Shown: positions 39,739 through 49,775 of the stretch, one piece after another
How positions within the stretch are numbered: position 1 is the stretch's first letter
Layout of the letters: the number at the start of each line of letters is the position of its first letter
Assembly: GCA_037308085.1 (NCBI GenBank)
Contig: CP147779.1
Span: forward strand, 2,176,001-2,240,000
Length of the DNA: 64,000 bases
From: Promethearchaeati archaeon SRVP18_Atabeyarchaeia-1
GTDB taxonomy: Archaea > Asgardarchaeota > Atabeyarchaeia > Atabeyarchaeales > Atabeyarchaeaceae
Direction of reading: 5' to 3'
Position numbers and translations under genes: made by a program
Notes under the pieces: model-generated
The model's input: only the letters and a program-made list of their open reading frames with translations
Database searches by the model: none
Told to the model about the DNA's origin: nothing

Positions 39739-41091
39739 GTGATCCCAGAGCCACACGCTTGGAGGAAACATGGGATGCTTACCCAACTCAAAGACAGGCT
39801 TTTAGTCAAAACGGTCTTCGGGGACGTCAGTAGCCTAGAAGGCAGGGAGGTCACTGTTGCAGGTTGGGTCTATAACAAGAGGGCCCACGGCAATCTCCTA
39901 TTCATAGATCTTCGTGATGGAACGGGAATCATCCAAGTCAGTGCTCACAAGGACAAGGTGGCCAAGAAGGTCTTCGAGGATGTTGAGAAAGCCACCCGCG
40001 AGTCATCAGTCATCATAAAGGGGGTCGTGCGATCCGACAAGAGAGCGCCTGGTGGATGCGAGATTGGGCTTACAGACTTCCAGATTGTGGGCCTAGCTGA
40101 GGAGTGGCCTCTCCCCATAGATGCCGGCATCGACGTGCTTTTCGACAAGAGGCACCTCCACCTCAGGGGAGAAAAGCAGACGGCCATTATTAAGATCAGG
40201 GCCAGCGTCTTTGAAGCAATAAGAGAGTGGTTCAAGCAGGATGGTTGGATTGAAGTTCAACCACCAATGATCATCTCCGCTTCAGTTGAGGGAGGCTCAA
40301 CCCTCTTCAAGATGGACTACTTTGGGGAAGTCGCGTACCTGACGCAGAGTTCTCAGTTCTACCTTGAAGCAATGATACAAAGCATGGAGAGGGTGTACTG
40401 CCTCGCGCCAAGCTTTAGGGCAGAGAAGTCGAAGACCCCGAGGCACTTGGCGGAGTACTGGCATGCCGAAGCGGAGGCAGCATGGATGGAGCTGGATGAC
40501 ATATTGGGGGTCGAAGAGAGACTCGTTTCTCACGTCTGCCAGTTTGTGGCTGAAAAGCATGAAAAGGATCTTGGAAAGCTCGGAAGAGACCCTGCCGAGA
40601 TCGCTGATGTCAAAGCACCTTTTGAGCGCATATCGTACCGTGAGGCAATCGAGAGAATCAAGAAGAAGGGCGTTAAGATAGAATATGGAGACGACATGGG
40701 AGCCGACGAGGAACTTAGGCTCACTGAGGATCTGCTGAAACCGATGTTCGTCGTGGAGTATCCGCGGAGCCTGAAGCCCTTCTACCACTACCCGAAGCCA
40801 AGTGACCCCAGCATCGTAATGTGTGCGGACTGCGAAGCGCCTGAAGGCTATGGAGAGATAATTGGTGGGGGACAGAGAATACACGACAAGGACGCGTTGA
40901 TCCAGAGGATAGAAGAGGAGCACCTAAAGCCAGAGGACTATGAGTGGTACATCGACCTTAGAAGGTACGGGACCGTTCCACACAGCGGTTTCGGGCTCGG
41001 GGTCGACAGGCTCGTGAGGTGGATATGCAGGCTCGACCATATCAGAGCCTCGATACCCTTTCCAAGGTATCTTACCAGAAGGTACCCGTGA
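39739..41091 (+). CDS. asnS: Asparagine-tRNA ligase
   Basis: OB-fold FIDLRDGTG, YLTQSSQFYLE, FRAEKSKTPRHLAEYWHAE, PHSGFGLGVDR. Confidence 0.92.
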   Translation: MIPEPHAWRKHGMLTQLKDRLLVKTVFGDVSSLEGREVTVAGWVYNKRAHGNLLFIDLRDGTGIIQVSAHKDKVAKKVFEDVEKATRESSVIIKGVVRSDKRAPGGCEIGLTDFQIVGLAEEWPLPIDAGIDVLFDKRHLHLRGEKQTAIIKIRASVFEAIREWFKQDGWIEVQPPMIISASVEGGSTLFKMDYFGEVAYLTQSSQFYLEAMIQSMERVYCLAPSFRAEKSKTPRHLAEYWHAEAEAAWMELDDILGVEERLVSHVCQFVAEKHEKDLGKLGRDPAEIADVKAPFERISYREAIERIKKKGVKIEYGDDMGADEELRLTEDLLKPMFVVEYPRSLKPFYHYPKPSDPSIVMCADCEAPEGYGEIIGGGQRIHDKDALIQRIEEEHLKPEDYEWYIDLRRYGTVPHSGFGLGVDRLVRWICRLDHIRASIPFPRYLTRRYP

Positions 41092-41316
41092 GGCCCCAGC
41101 ACGGCGAACACGGCTACCGGGGACCTCATAATTCTCAATTTCCTACCTCTTTCCGCCGACCTTCAAGCGCGCCACCAAGACGGGTCACACCCCATTCAAG
41201 TAGTTGCCCTTGGCCTCCGAAACATGAAACCTCGCACCAGCATTCTCCAGTGCTCATGGTCAACGGATAACATTATAAGCCGTTCCAAAAATAAGTGAGA
41301 CCAATGCGGAGGTGCC

Positions 41317-42729
41317 ATGATATTGGGCCGCTCAACTGTGTCTTCTAGCAAGCACAATGCTAATGATGCTTCCAAGTTCAGCTATCGCGGGGAAGCACTG
41401 AGAGTCCTAGACTCAGCCAGTGCCGCCGAGGGTGACCTAGTCAGATTAACCACCAAGGAAGGCTCGATCTTCGAGGGTGTGCTAATGCCTCGGCAGGGAA
41501 TCTCAAGCGAGGAGAGTCACATCGTCATCAAACTAAAGAGCGGTTACAACGCAGGGGTCAGCGTCATGGAAGGGGTCAGCCTCGTCGTCTTGAAGAAGGG
41601 CTCCGGTGAGGGAGCAGGAGACGAGCGAGTAGCCACCTTGGGAGCGCCTATGCGAGTAGTCAGGGGTTTGCCTACTGTAAGCCTCTTGAGCACGGGCGGA
41701 ACGATTGCGAGCAAGGTGGATTACAGGAGCGGGGCGGTCAGCCCAGCGCTATCTGCCCAAGATCTCTACGATGTTGTCCCTGAGCTCGGCGATGTGACCA
41801 ACGTTCGCGCGGAGATTCTCTGCAATATTCTCAGTGAGAACATGACCTCTGAGAAATGGTCTATGATTGCCGACGCGATCGGTAAGCGGATCATCGAAGG
41901 CGGTCTGGATGGAGTCATAGTGGCTCATGGAACTGACACGATGCACTACACTGCAGCAGCCCTCAGCTTTGCATTACGCGGACTGCCCATTCCTGTAGTT
42001 TTGGTCGGCTCACAAAGGTCCTCGGACCGACCATCATCTGACGCCGCGATGAATCTCCTGAATTCCGCGGTGGTGGCAGGCGGCGGACCTTTTGCGGAAG
42101 TCGTCATTTGCATGCACGGGGAGATGGGCGATACATATAGCCTATGTCATCGCGGAACGAAAGTCAGGAAGATGCATACGAGCAGACGTGACGCGTTCAG
42201 GTCAGTGGGTATCAATCCGCTCGCTAAGGTGCAGGAACGGAAAGTCCAGATGCTCGTTAAGGAGTTCGTTCCACGCGATCCCAAGAGAGAGCTGGCTGTT
42301 GAAGCAAGGTTTGACGAGAAAGTCGGTCTCGTTAAGACGTTTCCGGGTATCTCAGCCGATCTAATCGACTTTTTTGTTGACAAGGGTTACCATGGTTTGA
42401 TCTTGGAGGGCACTGGTCTGGGGCACGTTCCCGAAACCGTGTACGCACCCATGAAACGTGCGATCGAGGAAGGCATCACCGTTGTAATGACCAGTCAATG
42501 CATCTCCGGTAGGATAAACATGAATGTCTACAGTACAGGGCGAGAACTCTTGGCCATGGGAGTGGTTCCCGGTGAAGACATGCTACCCGAGACTGCTCTT
42601 GTCAAGTTGATGTGGCTTCTGGGGAGAGGCGAACCCCCTGAAAAGATACGCGAGTTGATTGGAACCAATATTTCCGGCGAGATCAACCGTGTTTTGTCAA
42701 CGAAAAGTTCAACCCCCGAAATTATATAG
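41317..42729 (+). CDS. gatD: Glu-tRNA(Gln) amidotransferase subunit D
   Basis: IKLKSGYN, TGGTIASKVDY, HGTDT, SQRSSDRPSSD, HTSRRDAF. Confidence 0.96.
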   Translation: MILGRSTVSSSKHNANDASKFSYRGEALRVLDSASAAEGDLVRLTTKEGSIFEGVLMPRQGISSEESHIVIKLKSGYNAGVSVMEGVSLVVLKKGSGEGAGDERVATLGAPMRVVRGLPTVSLLSTGGTIASKVDYRSGAVSPALSAQDLYDVVPELGDVTNVRAEILCNILSENMTSEKWSMIADAIGKRIIEGGLDGVIVAHGTDTMHYTAAALSFALRGLPIPVVLVGSQRSSDRPSSDAAMNLLNSAVVAGGGPFAEVVICMHGEMGDTYSLCHRGTKVRKMHTSRRDAFRSVGINPLAKVQERKVQMLVKEFVPRDPKRELAVEARFDEKVGLVKTFPGISADLIDFFVDKGYHGLILEGTGLGHVPETVYAPMKRAIEEGITVVMTSQCISGRINMNVYSTGRELLAMGVVPGEDMLPETALVKLMWLLGRGEPPEKIRELIGTNISGEINRVLSTKSSTPEII

Positions 42730-42811
42730 TATTGAGAACCATTACCGAGAACAGGGAGAACGTAGAGATACGCCCAGCCTCATGAGACTTTGATTTGAGG
42801 AGCTGATCCAG

Positions 42812-44760
42812 ATGGCTATTGATCACATGAAAACAGGAACAACCGTTGGCCTTGAGCTGCATCAGCAGCTTAACACCAGAGAGAAGCTTTTCTGCAGCTG
42901 TCCAACGGTTATCCGAGAAGATGAGCCTGACGTCAAGTTTAGGCGGCGGCTTCGCCCGACGCAGAGCGAACTTGGTCAGGTTGATGAAGCCGCGCTTTTC
43001 GAGTTCCATAAGGGCAAGGTCTTCGTTTACGAGATGTACAGTGAGGGGACTTGCTTACTTGAGGCAGACAGCAACTCCCGCTCGCATTATCGCGAGTTGT
43101 TGGCCTAGATGAGGAGCCCCCTCATCCTCTTAACCAGGAAGCGCTCGATGTAGCGCTGCAGATGACCTTGCTTCTGAACTCGACCCCAGTTGACGAGATT
43201 CACGTCATGAGGAAGATCGTCATTGATGGGTCGAACACCACGGGTTTTCAGAGGACAGCATTGATCTCTCTCGGTGGATACATAGAGTTCGACGGTAAGA
43301 GAATTCACATTCAGTCGATCTCACTTGAGGAGGATGCCGCAAGAAAGATCAGTGAGGCACCAGGAGAGGTCGTGTACAGGCTTGACAGGCAGGGCATACC
43401 CCTCGTGGAGATAGCCACCGCCCCTGAGATTCACAGCCCCGAAGAGGCTGAGAACATAGCCTACAGGATCGGCCAGCTTCTCCGCGCCACAGGCAAGGTG
43501 AAGCGCGGCCTTGGAACAATAAGGCAAGACGTCAACGTGTCGGTCAAGGATGGAGCGCTCGTCGAGACCAAGGGCGTCCAAGAGCTTGGACTCCTTAGCA
43601 GAGTAGTCGAACTCGAGGTTCAGCGACAGATCAGCCTCATACAAATCAGGGACGAACTCAAGAAGAGGGGAGCCAGAAAGGAAGACATCAAGGGAGATGC
43701 AACCGATGTCTCACAGGTTCTCAAGGATTCCAAGAGCAAAGTCCTGAGGAAAGCGCTGGATCAGAAGGGAGCCGTCTTAGCAACTGTATTGCCCAAGTTT
43801 GCAGGGCTGGTTGGAAAGGAGATTCAGCCAGGTAGGCGCCTAGGTACAGAGATGTCGGAGAGAGCAATCTTCAGAGGCGGAGTAGGCGGCATATTCCACT
43901 CAGACGAATTGCCAGCATACGGCATCACCGAGGAAGAGTTGCAGAAAGTGAGAGAGAAGCTGCGCTCTGCCAAGGACGATTGCGTCATCCTAGTTGCAGA
44001 CAGACCCGAGAAAGCGAAGGACGCGATTGAGGCTGTAGCTGAAAGAGCCAGAGAGGCGATTCAGCGAGTGCCAGAGGAAACTAGGGGGGCGCGGCCCGAC
44101 GGCACAAGCCAATACAGCAGACCCAGACCTGGGTCTGCAAGAATGTACCCCGAGACAGACATACCTGTGGTCCAAGTGACCCCTGACAGGATCAAGAAGA
44201 TAATGGAGGCTCTACCCGAAAGGCCTGAGAAGAAACTCGAGCGATTCATGAAGCAGTACAAGCTGAGCAAGGAACTTGCGGAGGCGATGGTCAGGTCATA
44301 CAACCTCGACCTCTTCGAGAGCATTGTGAATAAGATCAGAGTCTCACCAGTACTCGCTGCCACAACACTGGAGAATACTTGGAGATACTTAAGAAGAGAG
44401 GGCATACCTGTCGAGAACATAGGCGACGAGAGGGTTGAGGAAGTCTTCAGACAGCTGGGTTCTGGCAAGGTTGCTAAAGAGGCCATCCCCGAAATGCTAG
44501 CATTCCTCGCCAGAAACCAATCCCTGACAGTAGCTGAGGCAACTGAGCAGCTTGACATCAAGGGCGTCTCGCAGGAAGAGCTAGATCGCGTCGTCGACGC
44601 GATAATAAAGAAGAATCTGGCTCTGGTCAGGGAGAAAAGAATGGATGCGCTCAAACCCCTAATGGGAGACGTCATGAAACAACTTCGCGGCAAAGCCGAC
44701 GGAAAGAAAGTAAACGACACCCTCAAAAGGAAACTTGAAGAAGAAATAGGACGTATCTGA
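42812..44760 (+). CDS. gatE: Glu-tRNA(Gln) amidotransferase subunit E, predicted join(42812..43067,43109..44760), 635 aa
   Basis: GLELHQQL..KLFC in exon 1; DEEPPH, MRKIVIDGSNTTGFQRT, GTIRQDVNVS and RMYPETD in exon 2; frames differ until 41 nt are removed. Confidence 0.95.
43068..43108 (+). other. Putative 41-nt bulge-helix-bulge intron in gatE mRNA
   Basis: AGGC(43062-65)/GCCU(43103-06) central helix; AGA bulges at 43066-68 and 43107-09; 9-bp intron stem; exon-exon stem; removal gives GAG GCA GAT GAG GAG CCC. Confidence 0.88.
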
Positions 44761-44936
44761 GCTACCGACCCATCGAAGGACGCAGGCTTGGTGGACCATG
44801 GGCAAAACGTCTGTTAGGATCCTCGCAAACAAAGCCTTCGAAGACGAGAAACTACTATCGGAATCGCTCGTCGGAATTCTATCCAATAAACAATCAACGA
44901 GGCCAGCGGCAGAGAACTCGACACATCCCGAACCAT

Positions 44937-47811
44937 CTTTCCAAACTGCTAGATCGATCTCAAACCGTTCTAGTAGCCAGGTGCTGTGTGATTGCCTGGA
45001 ATTTCTTTCCAAACTACTAGGTCAATCTCAAACTCATCTATAGCGAGCAGCTTCTCTGCTATCTTAGCCTGCTTTCCAAACTACTAGGTCAATCTCAAAC
45101 GAAGCTGTAGGCCTCATTCTCCCCGTACACTATAGTGCTTTCCAAACTACTAGGTCAATCTCAAACCTGGTATTTAGCCTCCAAGTCCTTAACGATGTGA
45201 ACATCTTTCCAAACTACTAGGTCAATCTCAAACTGGTAGGACAAGGGCCTTCTCTCCCTTAATCTTGCTAGCTTTCCAAACTACTAGGTCAATCTCAAAC
45301 TCTGTAGGCCTATGATTGTCTTCTCAAAGTCACCTGCTTTCCAAACTACTAGGTCAATCTCAAACAGTGGACCACGCCTCATAGATCTCAGGAATAACCC
45401 TCTTTCCAAACTACTAGGTCAATCTCAAACACGCTTATCCGATAAGGTTCTATGAAACAAAAATCTACTTTCCAAACTACTAGGTCAATCTCAAACCGCC
45501 AGTAATCTCGAACGGGACAGGAGTGCTAACCTGGCTTTCCAAACTACTAGGTCAATCTCAAACTCAAGTGGAACTGGGACAACGAAGACAACCACAACCT
45601 ACCTTTCCAAACTACTAGGTCAATCTCAAACGGGAGTTCTCACTTTCATGGGGGAGGGTGGGACTTCACTTTCCAAACTACTAGGTCAATCTCAAACCTG
45701 CACGCCGAGAGTTGCAGTATTCACAGCCTGTACACTTTCCAAACTACTAGGTCAATCTCAAACCTGCCACAGCCCTATGCTGGGGAGGTAGTACTTGGTC
45801 TTTCCAAACTACTAGGTCAATCTCAAACAGGTTTCTCCACATATTGCTCGGCATCGAGGATGTCATCTTTCCAAACTACTAGGTCAATCTCAAACTGTCA
45901 ACGGAGACAGTCGGTGTCCCCGTGACCCAGTCTTTCCAAACTACTAGGTCAATCTCAAACGTTCACAAGATTCAGGCGATAACCCTTTAAGTTGCTGACT
46001 TTCCAAACTACTAGGTCAATCTCAAACTCGCTAGCTCCGCCGTCTCCACCTCCAGTTGAGCGTCTTTCCAAACTACTAGGTCAATCTCAAACCGTTCATG
46101 CTGTGTACGACTGTTCGATTGACAAGTATCTTTCCAAACTACTAGGTCAATCTCAAACTCGCTAGCTCCGCCGTCTCCACCTCCAGTTGAGCGTCTTTCC
46201 AAACTACTAGGTCAATCTCAAACGTTCGATCTCCTTGCAGAACCTTGAGACGTTATCACCTTTCCAAACTACTAGGTCAATCTCAAACTTAGTTGCGTGG
46301 ATCCGTTCCTGCAACCAAAGAGGCTTTCCAAACTACTAGGTCAATCTCAAACAGAAGAAGAATGAATGCCGGGTAGTGTTAGCTCTTGACTTTCCAAACT
46401 ACTAGGTCAATCTCAAACTTTGCAGAGTCCTTGCAGCCGGAATGCTTGGTACTCCTTTCCAAACTACTAGGTCAATCTCAAACTTGTTTCGGGGTTCTCC
46501 GGTATTGGTAACAAGAAGGCCTTTCCAAACTACTAGGTCAATCTCAAACGAGCATCATCTACTATATACCAAAGGTAGTTAAAGAGCTTTCCAAACTACT
46601 AGGTCAATCTCAAACGTACTACACTGGGATCTCGGCGCTGACCGGCATCTCGCCTTTCCAAACTACTAGGTCAATCTCAAACGGGCACGTTCTTTTTGCT
46701 CTGCGTTATGCGGCTACCTTTCCAAACTACTAGGTCAATCTCAAACTTTGTTCAAATGGTAGTGACGCTTTATAGGTTTATTTCCTTTCCAAACTACTAG
46801 GTCAATCTCAAACTTTATGCTGGTCGATTGCATTCCCGCCTTTGATACATCTTTCCAAACTACTAGGTCAATCTCAAACCTGCGAAGGAAGGAAGTATGT
46901 GATTTCAACATCAAGAAACTTTCCAAACTACTAGGTCAATCTCAAACTGTACTCCACACTCACCCTCATATTAATTGTATCCTCCTTTCCAAACTACTAG
47001 GTCAATCTCAAACTAGGATCTTCTCTATTTCCTGGAGCTTCTCAGCGATCTTTCCAAACTACTAGGTCAATCTCAAACGTTGTCTTCCCCCCAAAGCTAA
47101 TCAGCCTCCTTCCTGCTTTCCAAACTACTAGGTCAATCTCAAACTAATAATGCGGGTCGGTAATCTTATGATACCATTCTTCTTTCCAAACTACTAGGTC
47201 AATCTCAAACTCTGTGTCTCTCTTCCATTTGGCAGCGTACTTAGATCTACTTTCCAAACTACTAGGTCAATCTCAAACAGGAACTCGGCTGGCAATTCGA
47301 TACGAAGGTATCCGCTTTCCAAACTACTAGGTCAATCTCAAACCATAGGTACTCGTATCGTAATTGTATAGGTAGACGGTCTTTCCAAACTACTAGGTCA
47401 ATCTCAAACCCATAGCCGCTGACGAAACTTATGTTTCCCGAGTCGAGCTTTCCAAACTACTAGGTCAATCTCAAACGTGGTAGGAGACGATGAAATGAGT
47501 GATTTGCACCTAACGCTTTCCAAACTACTAGGTCAATCTCAAACGAATAGGACGATGAATGCGGCTGCGCCGACCGTGATATACTTTCCAAACTACTAGG
47601 TCAATCTCAAACGAGATGAAGCAAGTCTCAGGAATCTACAGACGGGAATCTTTCCAAACTACTAGGTCAATCTCAAACCCGTATTTCGTGTTTTCTATCA
47701 GTTGTTACTTATCGACTTTCCAAACTACTAGGTCAATCTCAAACGATACGACCATCAGTATCATAGTATTTCCCAATAGCCTCTTTCCAAACTACTAGGT
47801 CAATCTCAAAC
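44937..47811 (-). CRISPR. CRISPR array: 44 repeats of 29 nt (GTTTGAGATTGACCTAGTAGTTTGGAAAG), 43 spacers of ~35-40 nt
   Basis: Repeats counted by hand; degenerate trailer repeat at 44937-44965; GAAAG 3' end and leader position give minus-strand orientation. Confidence 0.98.
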
Positions 47812-47919
47812 CGAGCTTATTATGGCTGGTTTTGCCCAGAGATGTTCGTATAATGGTTTGCTTTGGTGTGCGGTTCAGTCAACCCGTGATAATGTTGTGT
47901 GCTTATAAAGGCTGACTAG
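47812..47919 (-). promoter_or_regulatory. CRISPR leader with TATA box
   Basis: Non-coding segment between cas2 and the first repeat; TTTATAA on the minus strand at ~47902-47908. Confidence 0.8.
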
Positions 47920-48183
47920 TCATAGCACGTTTTCTATTGGGTTCTTTTCTATGCCGATAACGTCGAGTTCGAGGTTCTTTTTGCTTGGGAGTTTGTATAC
48001 TAGTACTGAGTCTGCGTTCTCGTCGATTAGTTCTTTGAGTCTTGCTTTTACTTGTTCGAGTTGCGACAGTGATAGGTTTCCTTCAAACACTGAGTTTTGT
48101 CTCCAGTAGAGGTATGTCTTCAGGAACTTGTTCACTTTGTTTAAGCGTTCCACGTTGATGTCGTAGACTATTACTACGTACGT
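47920..48183 (-). CDS. cas2: Cas2 (87 aa; ACG at the expected start position)
   Basis: (T)YVVIVYDINVERLNKVNKFLKTYLYWRQNSVFEG; frame extends upstream of the ORF-track GTG. Confidence 0.9.
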   Translation of the reverse strand, partial: TYVVIVYDINVERLNKVNKFLKTYLYWRQNSVFEGNLSLSQLEQVKARLKELIDENADSVLVYKLPSKKNLELDVIGIEKNPIENVL

Positions 48184-48186
48184 TTT

Positions 48187-49158
48187 CTACCACCACATTT
48201 TGAAGCTGTTGTACTTCTTGTCGCCAAGTATGTGTTTTATTAGTTTGTAGCATTCGAGTCGGATCAGGTATTTGTATGAGACTTTTCTGTTGAGGTCTGG
48301 GTGGTTGAGTGTTGTGCTGAGTTTCTCTTGGTATTCTTTGAGGAAGAGTTTCTTTCCCTTGTCTTTGAGTAGCACCCCTATTTCTCTGTCGAAGTCTTCG
48401 TCTGTGAGCATTTTATTGTTTACGAGTGTGAAGATGACTCGCTCCACTATCACTGGCTTGAAGATGTCTGCGAAGTCGAGGGCGAGAGAGAATCTTCGCT
48501 CGGAGGGCTCATGAAGATAGCTTATTGAGGGGTGGAGGTACGTGTTGTATATTTCGGAGAGGGCGGTCGAGTAGAGGAGGGAGTTGCCGAAGGAAATGAG
48601 GGAATTCATTTCACTTGTTGGCGGGCGGATTTCTCTCTCCTTCATCTCGAAGGTGTTGATGATTTCTCCGAAGCTCTGGTAGTAGGCGGCCCATATTCTG
48701 CCTTCGGCGCTCATCACGGTCGGAATGTCGCCGAGTATGGACTCCTTCTCTATTGCTTCGATGAATGGGTCTACGTCTTTTTTCCTCTTCCTATAGTATT
48801 TCAGCGTTTGGAGCACGTTGTGCTTCACTCCTTCTACGATCTCGCGGGCTATGTCTGCTCTTTTGCCAGCGTCTAGGTAGTGTTCTGCTTGTTTGACGAC
48901 TACTAGTCCCGAGTTGAGCTGTATTCTTGGGTAGAGCGAGCCTTCGTAGTAGCCGTATTTGTTGAAGAAGTGCGTGGGAACGCCCATTTTCATCAGTAGT
49001 GAGGAAGCGCCTGAACGTAGGGACACTTTGCCGTAGCAGTAGATCTCGCTTATGTTCTCTATGGGGAGCGCTTTCTTTCCTTCCTTGTTCATGAAGTAGA
49101 GCGTGTTCCCACTTCTGATTAGGATTCCTTCCGAAGTTATGTAGAGTGGTTCTTTCAT
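48187..49158 (-). CDS. cas1: Cas1 (type I-B)
   Basis: HFFNKYGYYEG, EGRIWAAYY, NSLISFGNSLLY, SYLHEP, LALDFADIFKP. Confidence 0.96.
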   Translation of the reverse strand: MKEPLYITSEGILIRSGNTLYFMNKEGKKALPIENISEIYCYGKVSLRSGASSLLMKMGVPTHFFNKYGYYEGSLYPRIQLNSGLVVVKQAEHYLDAGKRADIAREIVEGVKHNVLQTLKYYRKRKKDVDPFIEAIEKESILGDIPTVMSAEGRIWAAYYQSFGEIINTFEMKEREIRPPTSEMNSLISFGNSLLYSTALSEIYNTYLHPSISYLHEPSERRFSLALDFADIFKPVIVERVIFTLVNNKMLTDEDFDREIGVLLKDKGKKLFLKEYQEKLSTTLNHPDLNRKVSYKYLIRLECYKLIKHILGDKKYNSFKMWW

Positions 49159-49161
49159 TTC

Positions 49162-49704
49162 TCACACCACGCATAAGGCATAGTAGGAGCACCTTTTGCA
49201 GTAGCGTTTGGTCTCTGCTTTCGGGGGGTTTGGGTTCTGCGCAATCTTGGGGATCTCTTCAAGTATTACCTGTATTTCGTTCTCAATTTGCGGAGTGAGA
49301 GTGAGTTCTTCCCGCTTCTTCTCTCTTGGATAGACTATCTCACCTTTCAGCGGTCTTCCAAGTTTCTTCGTGTACCACAGATAGTAGTAGAGCTGCCACC
49401 TCGCCGGCTCTCTAAGTCGGCTGGACTTCTTGACCTCGAAGATCTTTATGTCGCCTTCTCTTCGGACGAAGTCGAATACTACTTCTCCAAGAGTGATGTT
49501 CTTCCTCTCCCTGGAAAAGCTCTTCTCGTGAATCAACCGCCCTATCGAGATATTCTCGTCATCATAGTTCATGTTAATCTGATGGGCGAAAAACCAGAGT
49601 TCGCGTTTGCAGGCTTGGTAATACTGAACCATCACGCCTGTGATATTCATGGGTTTAGTTTCAAGAAACTCATTGGAAGACAGACCGGACTTCAGCCACG
49701 TCAC
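49162..49704 (-). CDS. cas4: Cas4
   Basis: YYQACKRELWF, EVKKS, QLYYYL, CKRCSYYALC. Confidence 0.95.
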   Translation of the reverse strand: MTWLKSGLSSNEFLETKPMNITGVMVQYYQACKRELWFFAHQINMNYDDENISIGRLIHEKSFSRERKNITLGEVVFDFVRREGDIKIFEVKKSSRLREPARWQLYYYLWYTKKLGRPLKGEIVYPREKKREELTLTPQIENEIQVILEEIPKIAQNPNPPKAETKRYCKRCSYYALCVV

Positions 49705-49775
49705 CCCGCTAGATGAGCTTTAACCGCATCTCATACCATGGTTTCCTGGAGGCTTAGATGGAAGATGATACTTGG

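Noticed and set aside
42812-43161. gatE as a pseudogene, programmed frameshift or two-subunit split gene
   Set aside because: There are 41 extra nucleotides rather than a 1-nt slip, no slippery run, and the BHB cut sites restore the motif exactly
44966-45004. Trailer spacer with a hairpin and a 9-nt match to ~56304, as a possible regulatory crRNA
   Set aside because: The match is too short to exceed chance
44798-47798. Short ORFs with repeated FEIDLVVWK or LSKLLGQSQT
   Set aside because: Translations of CRISPR repeats
44937-47811. Self-targeting spacers, or spacer strand bias
   Set aside because: No full match seen by eye within the window; strand bias cannot be established without protospacers
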